DNA of 63,869 nucleotides, filler included, from Lama guanicoe (lineage: Eukaryota), in NCBI GenBank assembly GCA_013239625.1. It is 196 parts of 196 records of this genome, joined end to end, with 100 filler letters (N's around TTAATTAATTAA, not from the genome) between each part and the next. Parts side by side here need not be neighbours in the genome. Positions count along the whole stretch, not along the records: positions 24,776 to 25,001 come from PNXV01042543.1; positions 25,102 to 25,327 come from PNXV01042544.1; positions 25,428 to 25,653 come from PNXV01042545.1; positions 25,754 to 25,979 come from PNXV01042546.1; positions 26,080 to 26,305 come from PNXV01042547.1; positions 26,406 to 26,631 come from PNXV01042548.1; positions 26,732 to 26,957 come from PNXV01042549.1; positions 27,058 to 27,283 come from PNXV01042550.1; 188 more parts are not named here. The stretch is one strand, 5' to 3'. A model generated the notes under the pieces. That model did not search any database, had not been told where the DNA came from, and saw only the letters and a list, made by a program, of their open reading frames with translations. The stretch's first letter is position 1. Every line of letters begins with the position of its first letter. A program made the position numbers and the translations under genes. Below, piece after piece: positions 24,676 to 36,083 of the stretch.

Positions 24676-27383
24676 NNNNNNNNNNNNNNNNNNNNNNNNN
24701 NNNNNNNNNNNNNNNNNNNTTAATTAATTAANNNNNNNNNNNNNNNNNNNNNNNNNNNNNNNNNNNNNNNNNNNNAATGCACTTTCACTGAGTACGTTCC
24801 CCATGCCAGGTGCTGCGATGAGCATTTTGTTTAGACTCCTGTGAAGTAAGAGCTAATTATTCATGGAGAGAGGAAATCACTTTCCGAACTTGGTAAAAAT
24901 CGAAGGTGGGATGTAGCTGGGCTGATTGGAGTTGGAGCTCTCCCGTTGCCCGTGCTGACATGGCCTGGGCTGTGTGGCAGGCGTGTGTGGTCCCAGCTGC
25001 TNNNNNNNNNNNNNNNNNNNNNNNNNNNNNNNNNNNNNNNNNNNNTTAATTAATTAANNNNNNNNNNNNNNNNNNNNNNNNNNNNNNNNNNNNNNNNNNN
25101 NCCAGATGACATCAGAGTCATTTCGCTTCCAAAACAGAAATTCCCCCAACCTGGAAGAAATACTTTCCCTGGCGGTGCCGGGAGTGAGCGGAGGAAGTGC
25201 ACTTTGGGGCTCCCCACCCTGCCCTAAACACCCGTCCCTTTCTCTGCTGGAGCTAATGACCAGAGTGCCCACTCGTTGCCTCCCAGGGAGTAGCTCACCC
25301 TTCATTAGTCAGCAGAGGGAAAGTGACNNNNNNNNNNNNNNNNNNNNNNNNNNNNNNNNNNNNNNNNNNNNTTAATTAATTAANNNNNNNNNNNNNNNNN
25401 NNNNNNNNNNNNNNNNNNNNNNNNNNNCTCCATTGGCCAGACTGCTGCTGCTTGATCTCTCAAGGGAAGTTGAAGCTTTTAGGATATTTTAAATGTGGGG
25501 TATTGAATTATTGCGATATTAGGAAACAATTTTCTGGATAGGAATTTCTGAATATAAAAGCGCCCATCAAACTCTTAATGGTTTTCTCGATGAAAAACTG
25601 CACAGAACAGCAAAGGTGGCTGGAATCTATTTTAATACTAAAGCGAGCCTAAANNNNNNNNNNNNNNNNNNNNNNNNNNNNNNNNNNNNNNNNNNNNTTA
25701 ATTAATTAANNNNNNNNNNNNNNNNNNNNNNNNNNNNNNNNNNNNNNNNNNNNGTGGGCCGGGATGAGGGCCCTGGGAGAGACCCGCATCCTGCTAGGCC
25801 TTCCTACTCCCTGGGCAGAGCTCTCCCCAGCACAGCAGGTGGGGCAGCAGAGGCAGTGGGGCAACCCCTGTCCATTCCTGCCCTGCCCTCACCCACCAGG
25901 CTGGTTCCCCAGGCATCCAGGGCGTGGTCCAGGGACTCTGAATTTATGGCTTGTCCTGGGGCATGGGAGTTCCTCCTCANNNNNNNNNNNNNNNNNNNNN
26001 NNNNNNNNNNNNNNNNNNNNNNNTTAATTAATTAANNNNNNNNNNNNNNNNNNNNNNNNNNNNNNNNNNNNNNNNNNNNTCTTAGCATGCCTTTGGATTG
26101 GAGCTATAATACTTTGTTTTTCCCTCTCTGAGTGGTTAGTTGGATTCATAAAAAGCTGTCTCTGAAGAAAATTTACAAAAATTGTTACCAGATTTTCAGT
26201 ACTGGATCGTTTTTTACACTCCATATGACTGAGTGTTAAAGAACAGTAAATAGTAAAAAAAAAAAAAAATTTAAATATTTCCTTTGTAATTGCTGCATAT
26301 AATCTNNNNNNNNNNNNNNNNNNNNNNNNNNNNNNNNNNNNNNNNNNNNTTAATTAATTAANNNNNNNNNNNNNNNNNNNNNNNNNNNNNNNNNNNNNNN
26401 NNNNNCCATGGAAATTCATGTACATTATTGAAAACATTCCTGCAGTATTTTGTCAAAGACAGAAAAGCATAAATGACCAAATACCATCCTTTTTTTTAAG
26501 GATAAACATAAGCTACACGGCGTGTCTCCCAGGGTTGTGTGTATGTGTGTGGTAATTTTACAAGAAACATCTTTGCTCCGAGATTTAAAAGCAGGCAAAT
26601 ATAAAGAGTGTGTCAACCATCCCTGCTTATTNNNNNNNNNNNNNNNNNNNNNNNNNNNNNNNNNNNNNNNNNNNNTTAATTAATTAANNNNNNNNNNNNN
26701 NNNNNNNNNNNNNNNNNNNNNNNNNNNNNNNGGTGACGGCTGACCCCCAACCTCACACCAAACATGAAATCAATTTGGGACGGATCATAGAAATAAACGT
26801 GCAACTTTCAGGGCACAGGGTTGGAGATGTTTGTAATAGATTTAATGTTGAAGAACTCAGAAGCTGTGACAACCTTTCACATGAATGAGGAAGAAGCAGG
26901 TGATCTAACAGGAAAAAAAAAAAGGTATCCTGGCTCCTGATAAACATAGGTGGACATNNNNNNNNNNNNNNNNNNNNNNNNNNNNNNNNNNNNNNNNNNN
27001 NTTAATTAATTAANNNNNNNNNNNNNNNNNNNNNNNNNNNNNNNNNNNNNNNNNNNNAAGGCTGGGATGAAATTCAGCATCCTCTGCCCGCCCTAAGCTC
27101 ACTATCTAGTATGAGCCGCTGCTGCCAAAGAAGAGTCAGGAGCCAGTACCCTTCCCAGTCGGAGAGACACTGAGTGAACCACCATGGGAATAAAGGGAGA
27201 CTAAATTAACTTGGGCATTTGATTGTTAGATTTGATAGAAGAAAAAGAAGGCTATCAGAAATGAGAATACTCAGCTGGTTGGGNNNNNNNNNNNNNNNNN
27301 NNNNNNNNNNNNNNNNNNNNNNNNNNNTTAATTAATTAANNNNNNNNNNNNNNNNNNNNNNNNNNNNNNNNNNNNNNNNNNNN

Positions 27384-27609
27384 TACATCACTAGTCATCA
27401 GGAAGATGAAAATCAGAGCCACAGTGAGATACGACGTCAGGGCTGTTAGCTGTTATTAAAAGAAGAAGAAGAAATAAGCATTGGGGAGGATGTGGAGAAA
27501 GAGGAACCCTGTGCACTGTTGGTGGGAGTGTAAACTCGTGCAGCCACTATAGAACAGTAAGAAATTTCTTCAAAAAATTAAAAAAAATAAAAATACAACC
27601 ACCATATGA
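27384..27609 (+). mobile_element. LINE-1 ORF2 fragment
   Basis: ggaggatgtggagaaagaggaaccctgtgcactgttggtgggagtgtaaa...cagccactat. Confidence 0.85.
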
Positions 27610-28035
27610 NNNNNNNNNNNNNNNNNNNNNNNNNNNNNNNNNNNNNNNNNNNNTTAATTAATTAANNNNNNNNNNNNNNNNNNNNNNNNNNNNNNNNNNN
27701 NNNNNNNNNCTGAAAGAATAATAAAATAAGATGAGAGAAGGAGCCATGGAGGAGTCTACTATGAATTTCACAGGGCACAGTTTTATAGAATATCGATCCT
27801 ACTTGGCCCTGCAATTAACCACAAAATTAAACACATCTGAGGGGAAAATTTATGTAGCATGCTTGAGCCCTAGATGGCAACTAGTATTTTTTTTCCAACA
27901 AAATGTAATAGCAAAACTTCTAAATCAATAAAAGANNNNNNNNNNNNNNNNNNNNNNNNNNNNNNNNNNNNNNNNNNNNTTAATTAATTAANNNNNNNNN
28001 NNNNNNNNNNNNNNNNNNNNNNNNNNNNNNNNNNN

Positions 28036-28261
28036 TATATCCAAAGGGAATGGAAAGAGGATCTCAAAGAGATATCTGCACTCTCATGCTCACTGCAGCA
28101 TTATTCACAATAGCCAAGATACAGAAACAATCCAAGTGTTCATCAATTGACGGATGGATAAAAAAGATGTGGTATACAGACACAATGGAGTATTATGCAG
28201 CCTTGAAAAAGAAGGAAACCCTGCCATTTGTGACAAGATGTATGGACCCTGAGGTCATTAT
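28036..28261 (+). mobile_element. LINE-1 ORF2 C-terminal fragment
   Basis: RDICTLMLTAALFTIAKIQKQSKCSSIDGWIKKMWYTDTMEYYAALKKKE. Confidence 0.92.
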
Positions 28262-29665
28262 NNNNNNNNNNNNNNNNNNNNNNNNNNNNNNNNNNNNNNN
28301 NNNNNTTAATTAATTAANNNNNNNNNNNNNNNNNNNNNNNNNNNNNNNNNNNNNNNNNNNNCACGTGTGGGGCCCGGAAACCCTCCGCACGGCGCCACCA
28401 CTCAGGTGCCCTGTAGCCCCAATTACAGATGCGGGAGCCCAGACACCGATGACGAGATGACTCACCTGGGATGTCACCGCCAGCAGGTGGTGGAGCTGCA
28501 GCTGCATCTCAGATCCCCACGCCAGGCCCCCAGACTCTGCAGTGGGCGAGCATCCAGAAGGAGGGACCACAGAGTTCTTGCCTTTGGNNNNNNNNNNNNN
28601 NNNNNNNNNNNNNNNNNNNNNNNNNNNNNNNTTAATTAATTAANNNNNNNNNNNNNNNNNNNNNNNNNNNNNNNNNNNNNNNNNNNNGATGGTATCGTGA
28701 AGTGATAACCATTACAAAGAAATTACAGGGAACGTTTATAGGGGAGGTCAGTGGTGACTTCTCTGCGGGGCACGTTCGCCCTGAGGCGGGGGATGAGCAT
28801 GACCTAGTCGTGGGCTGATCACCCAGGGAGGTGTGAGCAGAGGGGCACTGGGGCAACGGAGCAGAAACAGCAGTACGACAAGGGCTCCAAAGTGGAGATA
28901 AGGTTACTGCAAANNNNNNNNNNNNNNNNNNNNNNNNNNNNNNNNNNNNNNNNNNNNTTAATTAATTAANNNNNNNNNNNNNNNNNNNNNNNNNNNNNNN
29001 NNNNNNNNNNNNNCCCCGGATGCCAGCACTCTATTTCCCAAGCTCTACGGCTGGAAGATTTCAGACTGTTTCTTGCACATTTTCAAAACATCGACTGTTT
29101 GACTCAATGCATTTATACTCTTGGGAAGGAAGAAAAGGCAGAATTTGGGAGGTAAGTTCAACCACACCACCATTTGCTGAATTAAAGGTTAAGTCAGTGA
29201 AATACAGGTGTTAACTAGGTAGTTTTCATGGCTGGTGCTNNNNNNNNNNNNNNNNNNNNNNNNNNNNNNNNNNNNNNNNNNNNTTAATTAATTAANNNNN
29301 NNNNNNNNNNNNNNNNNNNNNNNNNNNNNNNNNNNNNNNTATGGAGCAAAGAAGCACTTATGTAAGTGCAGTATAGTGTTAAAAGCACTACACCGGACAT
29401 AGTGAAAAAAAGTGCTGCAGGAACAAGAGGAGAGAGAGAGAGACTGAGAGAGTCAGACAAGTTCCCAGGTACGTGTGAACTGGGCTTAAATAATTGATGT
29501 CAGTTTTCTAGGCAGGGAATTGGGAAGGGGTTCTAGATGAAGGGTCCTGGGTGTGTAGAGACTTANNNNNNNNNNNNNNNNNNNNNNNNNNNNNNNNNNN
29601 NNNNNNNNNTTAATTAATTAANNNNNNNNNNNNNNNNNNNNNNNNNNNNNNNNNNNNNNNNNNNN

Positions 29666-29890
29666 TCCTGCAACCCGTTCCCTTTGTGCTGGATGAACGA
29701 ATGTCTCTCGAAATACTCTGTTCTGAGAGATAAGTGTGTGTGAAACCCGGCTTTCACCTTGCTCGAGGGGAACACAAAGTTTCTTTTCATTTGCAAACTC
29801 CACTATATACATATATATTTGGAGGTACAACCTCCAGCTCCGTTTTACAGTGAAAACGGCAGGCACATCGAACCGGCACTAGGAAACAGA
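29666..29890 (+). repeat. ~245-bp satellite monomer fragment (copy 1)
   Basis: Homologous, in a different circular phase, to 40432-40657 (rc), 51221-51446 and 54163-54387. Confidence 0.85.
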
Positions 29891-31007
29891 NNNNNNNNNN
29901 NNNNNNNNNNNNNNNNNNNNNNNNNNNNNNNNNNTTAATTAATTAANNNNNNNNNNNNNNNNNNNNNNNNNNNNNNNNNNNNNNNNNNNNAGATCCAAAA
30001 GCTTTTCATTCTGATTTCAAACCCAAGGCCCCCTGGATCACTGAGACCAGATGCACGATAGTTCTGATTCAGCCCCACACGTGTTCTATTGGCAAAATGC
30101 CCAATTGATCCCTGGTCCTGCAGATGCAATGGGTGTGTCCATGGGACATATGGGTAATCACAACCGTGTGGCCAGTGTGGTTGCTTTATCATTGGTACAC
30201 TGTTCGGTTTGCTCTCNNNNNNNNNNNNNNNNNNNNNNNNNNNNNNNNNNNNNNNNNNNNTTAATTAATTAANNNNNNNNNNNNNNNNNNNNNNNNNNNN
30301 NNNNNNNNNNNNNNNNCTCCACAGAGCAAATTTTGGGAACTATTGTTCTGTTGTATATTTTTTCCCTATAATATAACCCATTATTTGTTTTGAGTTTTTT
30401 CTGGGAACAAAGATAAGTCTTGCCTTTTTTCCTTGCCAGTTGCTAGTGATGTAGCCCAGGGTCTTGGAATGGGCCATATTTAAGTGACCCAAAAGGATTA
30501 TGAGAAGAAAGCTCCTTATGAAAGGAACAGGGATAGTATCATNNNNNNNNNNNNNNNNNNNNNNNNNNNNNNNNNNNNNNNNNNNNTTAATTAATTAANN
30601 NNNNNNNNNNNNNNNNNNNNNNNNNNNNNNNNNNNNNNNNNNGTATCACGGAGGACGGACACGCCTGGACCCTGTGTGGCTGCTGCTCTCCGTCCATCCA
30701 CGGCACCCCGCACGGCGCCTGAGGTGTGTTCCTCGAGGTGTTTACTTGGGAGCATTTGACACATAAAATGTGTGAAAGGTGGTTCCTGCCCGTCCTGACC
30801 TCCGCTCAGTGGGAGAGACACAAGCAATCGGCACATTCAGGGTACTCAGCATCTCAGGAGTGGTGACANNNNNNNNNNNNNNNNNNNNNNNNNNNNNNNN
30901 NNNNNNNNNNNNTTAATTAATTAANNNNNNNNNNNNNNNNNNNNNNNNNNNNNNNNNNNNNNNNNNNNTGAATTCAGTGAGATCTTGCAGAAATAAAACT
31001 GGCTTAC

Positions 31008-31064
31008 CTGACGTATAAATTTGTTTTCTAGAATATGCCTTCCCCTAGTAGGACCCTGTGAGGT
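31008..31064 (-). CDS. Candidate 57-nt phase 0/0 exon, unidentified
   Basis: Acceptor ttttctgttgctgcttgtcatcccag|, TSQGPTRGRHILENKFIRQ, donor CAG|GTAAGC; other frames have stops. Confidence 0.4.
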
Positions 31065-32924
31065 CTGGGATGACAAGCAGCAACAGAAAACATGGACAGT
31101 GTCTGTGAAGATGGGGAAGGGCTAGCTGAATAATTCACAGGCTGGTGTCAGGGATCTAGGCACACTCACACACTGAGGAGCAGGGAAAAGCAATNNNNNN
31201 NNNNNNNNNNNNNNNNNNNNNNNNNNNNNNNNNNNNNNTTAATTAATTAANNNNNNNNNNNNNNNNNNNNNNNNNNNNNNNNNNNNNNNNNNNNGAGCGC
31301 CAACTCACTAATATGGAGGTGGAGTCAACAAATACAAAAAATACTCCCAGGAAATATGAGCCATGAAATGATTTTACATTTTTTAAAATCTGGCAGCAAC
31401 CAGAGCTAAATAGGTGATAACTGCATCTAAAAACACTTGGAACATTATAATTTGATAGAGCAGAATAGCAAATAATCCTCAATGAATACTCAGTACTGTG
31501 AAAACATGGGCTATATTTTTNNNNNNNNNNNNNNNNNNNNNNNNNNNNNNNNNNNNNNNNNNNNTTAATTAATTAANNNNNNNNNNNNNNNNNNNNNNNN
31601 NNNNNNNNNNNNNNNNNNNNAGGGGGTCCCTATATCTGAGCTAATATCTTTCTAACAAAATTGGAGTAGGCGTTAGATTCAGAGCCTTAGGCTGGCAATC
31701 TGTAAGAACTCTACTTCCAAAATATTGTATAATTTTTGTTGTCTTTGTTTTTTCTCTTGTTGCTTTAACAGCTTAAATTCAGGGAAAGAAAAGCATTGTA
31801 TGTAAATATATTATGTATATATAATTTATTTCAGGGATATAACTTTNNNNNNNNNNNNNNNNNNNNNNNNNNNNNNNNNNNNNNNNNNNNTTAATTAATT
31901 AANNNNNNNNNNNNNNNNNNNNNNNNNNNNNNNNNNNNNNNNNNNNTTAATTTCTGTCCCACACGCCCCAAATCCCATGCCCTTCATACAAGGTAACCAC
32001 GGTTAACAGATTGTAGTGTTTCTTCCAAAATTTTTTCTAAGCATTCTCTTACTTTAATAATCAGGGAGTGGAAGTAAGTTCTTTCCCAAAACAGAAACTC
32101 ATGATCCTTTCCCCCTTTCTGCAGGCCAGAAGCAGGTCCAACTCCAGACAGGTCCAGGCCCTGTGCCCTGCANNNNNNNNNNNNNNNNNNNNNNNNNNNN
32201 NNNNNNNNNNNNNNNNTTAATTAATTAANNNNNNNNNNNNNNNNNNNNNNNNNNNNNNNNNNNNNNNNNNNNTGGATTCAGCATGGGACTCACAAAAATA
32301 CAAAACACTGAGACAATTTTCTCTTGTTCAAAAGATTGCTTGTTTGCTGGTCTCAGATACATGCAGAACAGGGACTCGTAGAACATAGAGACAGTTTTCA
32401 TGTGGGACCCACAGGTGGAGAAGGCTTTGCACTGCCCTTCACTGGAACAGATCCTCATGATGGTAATGAAAATGAAAACATAGGGGATGAGGATTATGNN
32501 NNNNNNNNNNNNNNNNNNNNNNNNNNNNNNNNNNNNNNNNNNTTAATTAATTAANNNNNNNNNNNNNNNNNNNNNNNNNNNNNNNNNNNNNNNNNNNNAT
32601 CCCTTGATGCCCACTCAGATGGGACAAAAGATCCAGCCAGTCCCAGGAGGGGCCCATCAACACGCACAAAGGGAGCACCTGGGGGCTGGCAGGTCTCTCC
32701 ACCCAGTCTTGTGTACATCCACACTTGTCTACTGAGTGTCCTGGGTGCCAGTACTGTGCTGGAACCTGGGGCTGCGCAGGCAGAGTGGGGACAGCAATGC
32801 CTTGCCCAGGTGAGAGGGCAGAGGNNNNNNNNNNNNNNNNNNNNNNNNNNNNNNNNNNNNNNNNNNNNTTAATTAATTAANNNNNNNNNNNNNNNNNNNN
32901 NNNNNNNNNNNNNNNNNNNNNNNN

Positions 32925-33040
32925 CTCCTTGCTCTACTACTTAATAACCACATAGCCTTCAGCAAGTCATTTGCCCACGCAAAGCCTCAGTTGCCTCATC
33001 TTTAAAGTGGGGTTCATGATAGCCCCTTGCAGGGTCACTC
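32925..33040 (+). mobile_element. MIR SINE core
   Basis: gccttcagcaagtcattt...aagcctcagttgcctcatctttaaagtgggg. Confidence 0.75.
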
Positions 33041-33764
33041 AGGAGTAATTTGCATTATATAGTGTCAAAATTAGTTGGATTGACATCCAGCTGATGGGAG
33101 AGAGTCATTTGGTGCTTTGGAGAGAAAACACATGTTGGAACATCTTAAAANNNNNNNNNNNNNNNNNNNNNNNNNNNNNNNNNNNNNNNNNNNNTTAATT
33201 AATTAANNNNNNNNNNNNNNNNNNNNNNNNNNNNNNNNNNNNNNNNNNNNTTACATTTTATTGGGGTGAAGCAATAAATGCAAAATACAATCAGGAAGTT
33301 ATAAAGTACATTCTAAATAGAGAAGAACTCTGGGAATAAACATCCTCGCATACAGATTTATAGACATTACATTAGGGCTGTGGCCAAGGAAGCTTGTGGC
33401 GTGGAGGGGACACTCCTGAGGGCAACCTTCTGGTGCGTCCTCAGGTGGCGGTGGTAGGTGGATGACTGGCGGTAGCNNNNNNNNNNNNNNNNNNNNNNNN
33501 NNNNNNNNNNNNNNNNNNNNTTAATTAATTAANNNNNNNNNNNNNNNNNNNNNNNNNNNNNNNNNNNNNNNNNNNNACATAAATCACAGAACTTGCTCTG
33601 TACAGTGTTTGAGCTTGGACCAGAACGGGATGAGTTCATGTGCACTTGAGTGCGTGGGAAAGGAAACCACACCACACAATCTTTCAGAGGCCTCTAGAAT
33701 CACAATTTCTTCCACATTAGACAACTAAGGTCACTTGGAAATCATGAAAGTCACTTGTCCTTAC

Positions 33765-33802
33765 CTGAACTGCAATGTACAGTCCTGGTACATTAAATAA
33801 TT
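33765..33802 (-). CDS. ACTR3B: Arp3-family exon 3' end, best nucleotide fit ACTR3B
   Basis: aa tta ttt aat gta cca gga ctg tac att gca gtt cag|gtaagg = (E)LFNVPGLYIAVQ, matching Arp3 ESFNVPGLYIAVQ; codons gtaccagga...attgcagttcag fit recalled ACTR3B better than ACTR3. Confidence 0.75.
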
Positions 33803-34880
33803 NNNNNNNNNNNNNNNNNNNNNNNNNNNNNNNNNNNNNNNNNNNNTTAATTAATTAANNNNNNNNNNNNNNNNNNNNNNNNNNNNNNNNNNNNNNNNNN
33901 NNAATTATAATAAAAACAATGGGTTTTTTTGTTTTTGTTAAACAATGTTTTGAAATTAGGCAGGGGGCATATAGGACTTCTTTGTAGTATTCTTTGAGCT
34001 TTTCTGAGGGTTTTAAATTTATTTCCAAAAAAGGTTTTCGAAATAAAATTTTAATGTGAAGTAAAAACTTTTTCTAACCAACAAAAGTGAGATTATTTAA
34101 AAGGAGTTCTTCTGGCAGAAAGTCAGTGNNNNNNNNNNNNNNNNNNNNNNNNNNNNNNNNNNNNNNNNNNNNTTAATTAATTAANNNNNNNNNNNNNNNN
34201 NNNNNNNNNNNNNNNNNNNNNNNNNNNNTTTGGACACAACCCAGTCCCTGCACTGTCGCCTCCACAACCCAACACACTCAAGAATGACTTTGCTTTTCAA
34301 GTTCATCCTTTCTTGATCCAGCTCAGGTGATAGGAGAAGGAGAGCCAGTCCCACAAGTGGCAGCTCCTCTGCAGTCGGCCCTTGGCTGTGCTGCAATTCT
34401 ACTCTTAAAACACTGATTTCAAATGGTGCTAGATACAAAGATGGAAAAATCTAANNNNNNNNNNNNNNNNNNNNNNNNNNNNNNNNNNNNNNNNNNNNTT
34501 AATTAATTAANNNNNNNNNNNNNNNNNNNNNNNNNNNNNNNNNNNNNNNNNNNNTTTGACAGATAATTATGAATTTAGTAATTTAAAGAGACAAAATGCC
34601 CATAGGTTGTTGTCCACACTGTATGGCGGTCATTCGGCATTTTTTACTTTCCAAAAAATTATTTTTTAACTTAGTACTGATGATATTTAACTCCAAGCTC
34701 TGTGTATATAATTCTAGATATATTCTGACCGAAATTATGTGCTCAAATTTCATTTTTTAAATATAATCCTTCTTATTTTTNNNNNNNNNNNNNNNNNNNN
34801 NNNNNNNNNNNNNNNNNNNNNNNNTTAATTAATTAANNNNNNNNNNNNNNNNNNNNNNNNNNNNNNNNNNNNNNNNNNNN

Positions 34881-35106
34881 AAAAAAAAAATTGGACTCAC
34901 ATCAGATTCTTTACAGCAACACAAAAATCAAATACAGTGAAATAATATTTTCAAAATTCTGAGGAAAAATCACCATCTACACATATATACCCATGAAAAT
35001 GATCTTTCCAAAATGAAAATGAAACACAAACATTTTTAGGCAAACAAAGTTGGAGTTTACCAACAACAGATGGACACTTGAGGAATATCTAAAGCATGTA
35101 TTTTAA
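34881..35106 (+). mobile_element. Old L1M ORF1 remnant
   Basis: aatattttcaaaattctgaggaaaaat...tctttccaaaatgaaaatgaaa...catttttaggcaaacaaa. Confidence 0.55.
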
Positions 35107-35532
35107 NNNNNNNNNNNNNNNNNNNNNNNNNNNNNNNNNNNNNNNNNNNNTTAATTAATTAANNNNNNNNNNNNNNNNNNNNNNNNNNNNNNNNNNNNNN
35201 NNNNNNTTGTCTGAACCCGGGGCTGGTCACAGAGACGGAGGCTGCGTCTTTGTCAACAGTGCCGGGTTCACAGAGAGACTGAAGTCAGGCGTAGAAGTCG
35301 GGCTGGAGTGAGACAGCAGCACGAGAACGGCGGCCCCCCAGCCACGCTGGCAGCGCCGACCTCAGGCTGTTTGTTTGTGGGCGGTGCCGTCTCTGACTTT
35401 CACAGCAACTTTCTTCCTGAGATTTAGACGATNNNNNNNNNNNNNNNNNNNNNNNNNNNNNNNNNNNNNNNNNNNNTTAATTAATTAANNNNNNNNNNNN
35501 NNNNNNNNNNNNNNNNNNNNNNNNNNNNNNNN

Positions 35533-35757
35533 AGAATGTAGAACACAGAATATAGAATATAGAATACAGATTACAGAACCAAGAATTTAGACATGGAATG
35601 CAGAACACAGTTTATAGAATATTGAATAAAGAATACTGAATACAGAATGAAGAATATAGAATGCAGAACTCACAATATTCAATATAGAATAAAGAATACA
35701 GAATATAGTAAGTAGAATACAGAATTAAGAACACTGACTATAGTATATAGAATACAG
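35533..35757 (+). repeat. Degenerate ~7-bp (AGAATAY-type) satellite
   Basis: Repeated agaatat/agaatac/agaacac units; same family on the opposite strand at 54815-55041. Confidence 0.85.
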
Positions 35758-35857
35758 NNNNNNNNNNNNNNNNNNNNNNNNNNNNNNNNNNNNNNNNNNN
35801 NTTAATTAATTAANNNNNNNNNNNNNNNNNNNNNNNNNNNNNNNNNNNNNNNNNNNN

Positions 35858-36083
35858 TCCTGCTGGCCTCTCCGTTGGAGAGGGGAGACCTAGCGAACAA
35901 GCACCAGTCCTCCTTTGCCGCTCCCTTCCCGTGGGACCAGCCCCACACTGTTTTGTTTTTTATTCTTTCTTTTTTCCTTTTCTCCTACCAGATTTTCGGT
36001 GTCTTTGTCTTTCGAAGAGGGCGATGTTCTGTAGGAGTTCGGCAGGTGTTCTGGTTGGCTGAGTGGGTCCGTAGATGTGAGTT
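35858..36083 (-). mobile_element. Probable LINE-1 5'UTR near the 5' terminus
   Basis: gttctgtaggagttcggcaggtgttctg...gtagatgtga resembles antisense L1 5' end; CpG retained. Confidence 0.5.

Noticed and set aside
26080..26228. Minus-strand exon after a polyT acceptor (HMECKKRSSTENL...)
   Set aside because: The pyrimidine tract is a polyA-run complement and the peptide is unrecognised; insufficient support.
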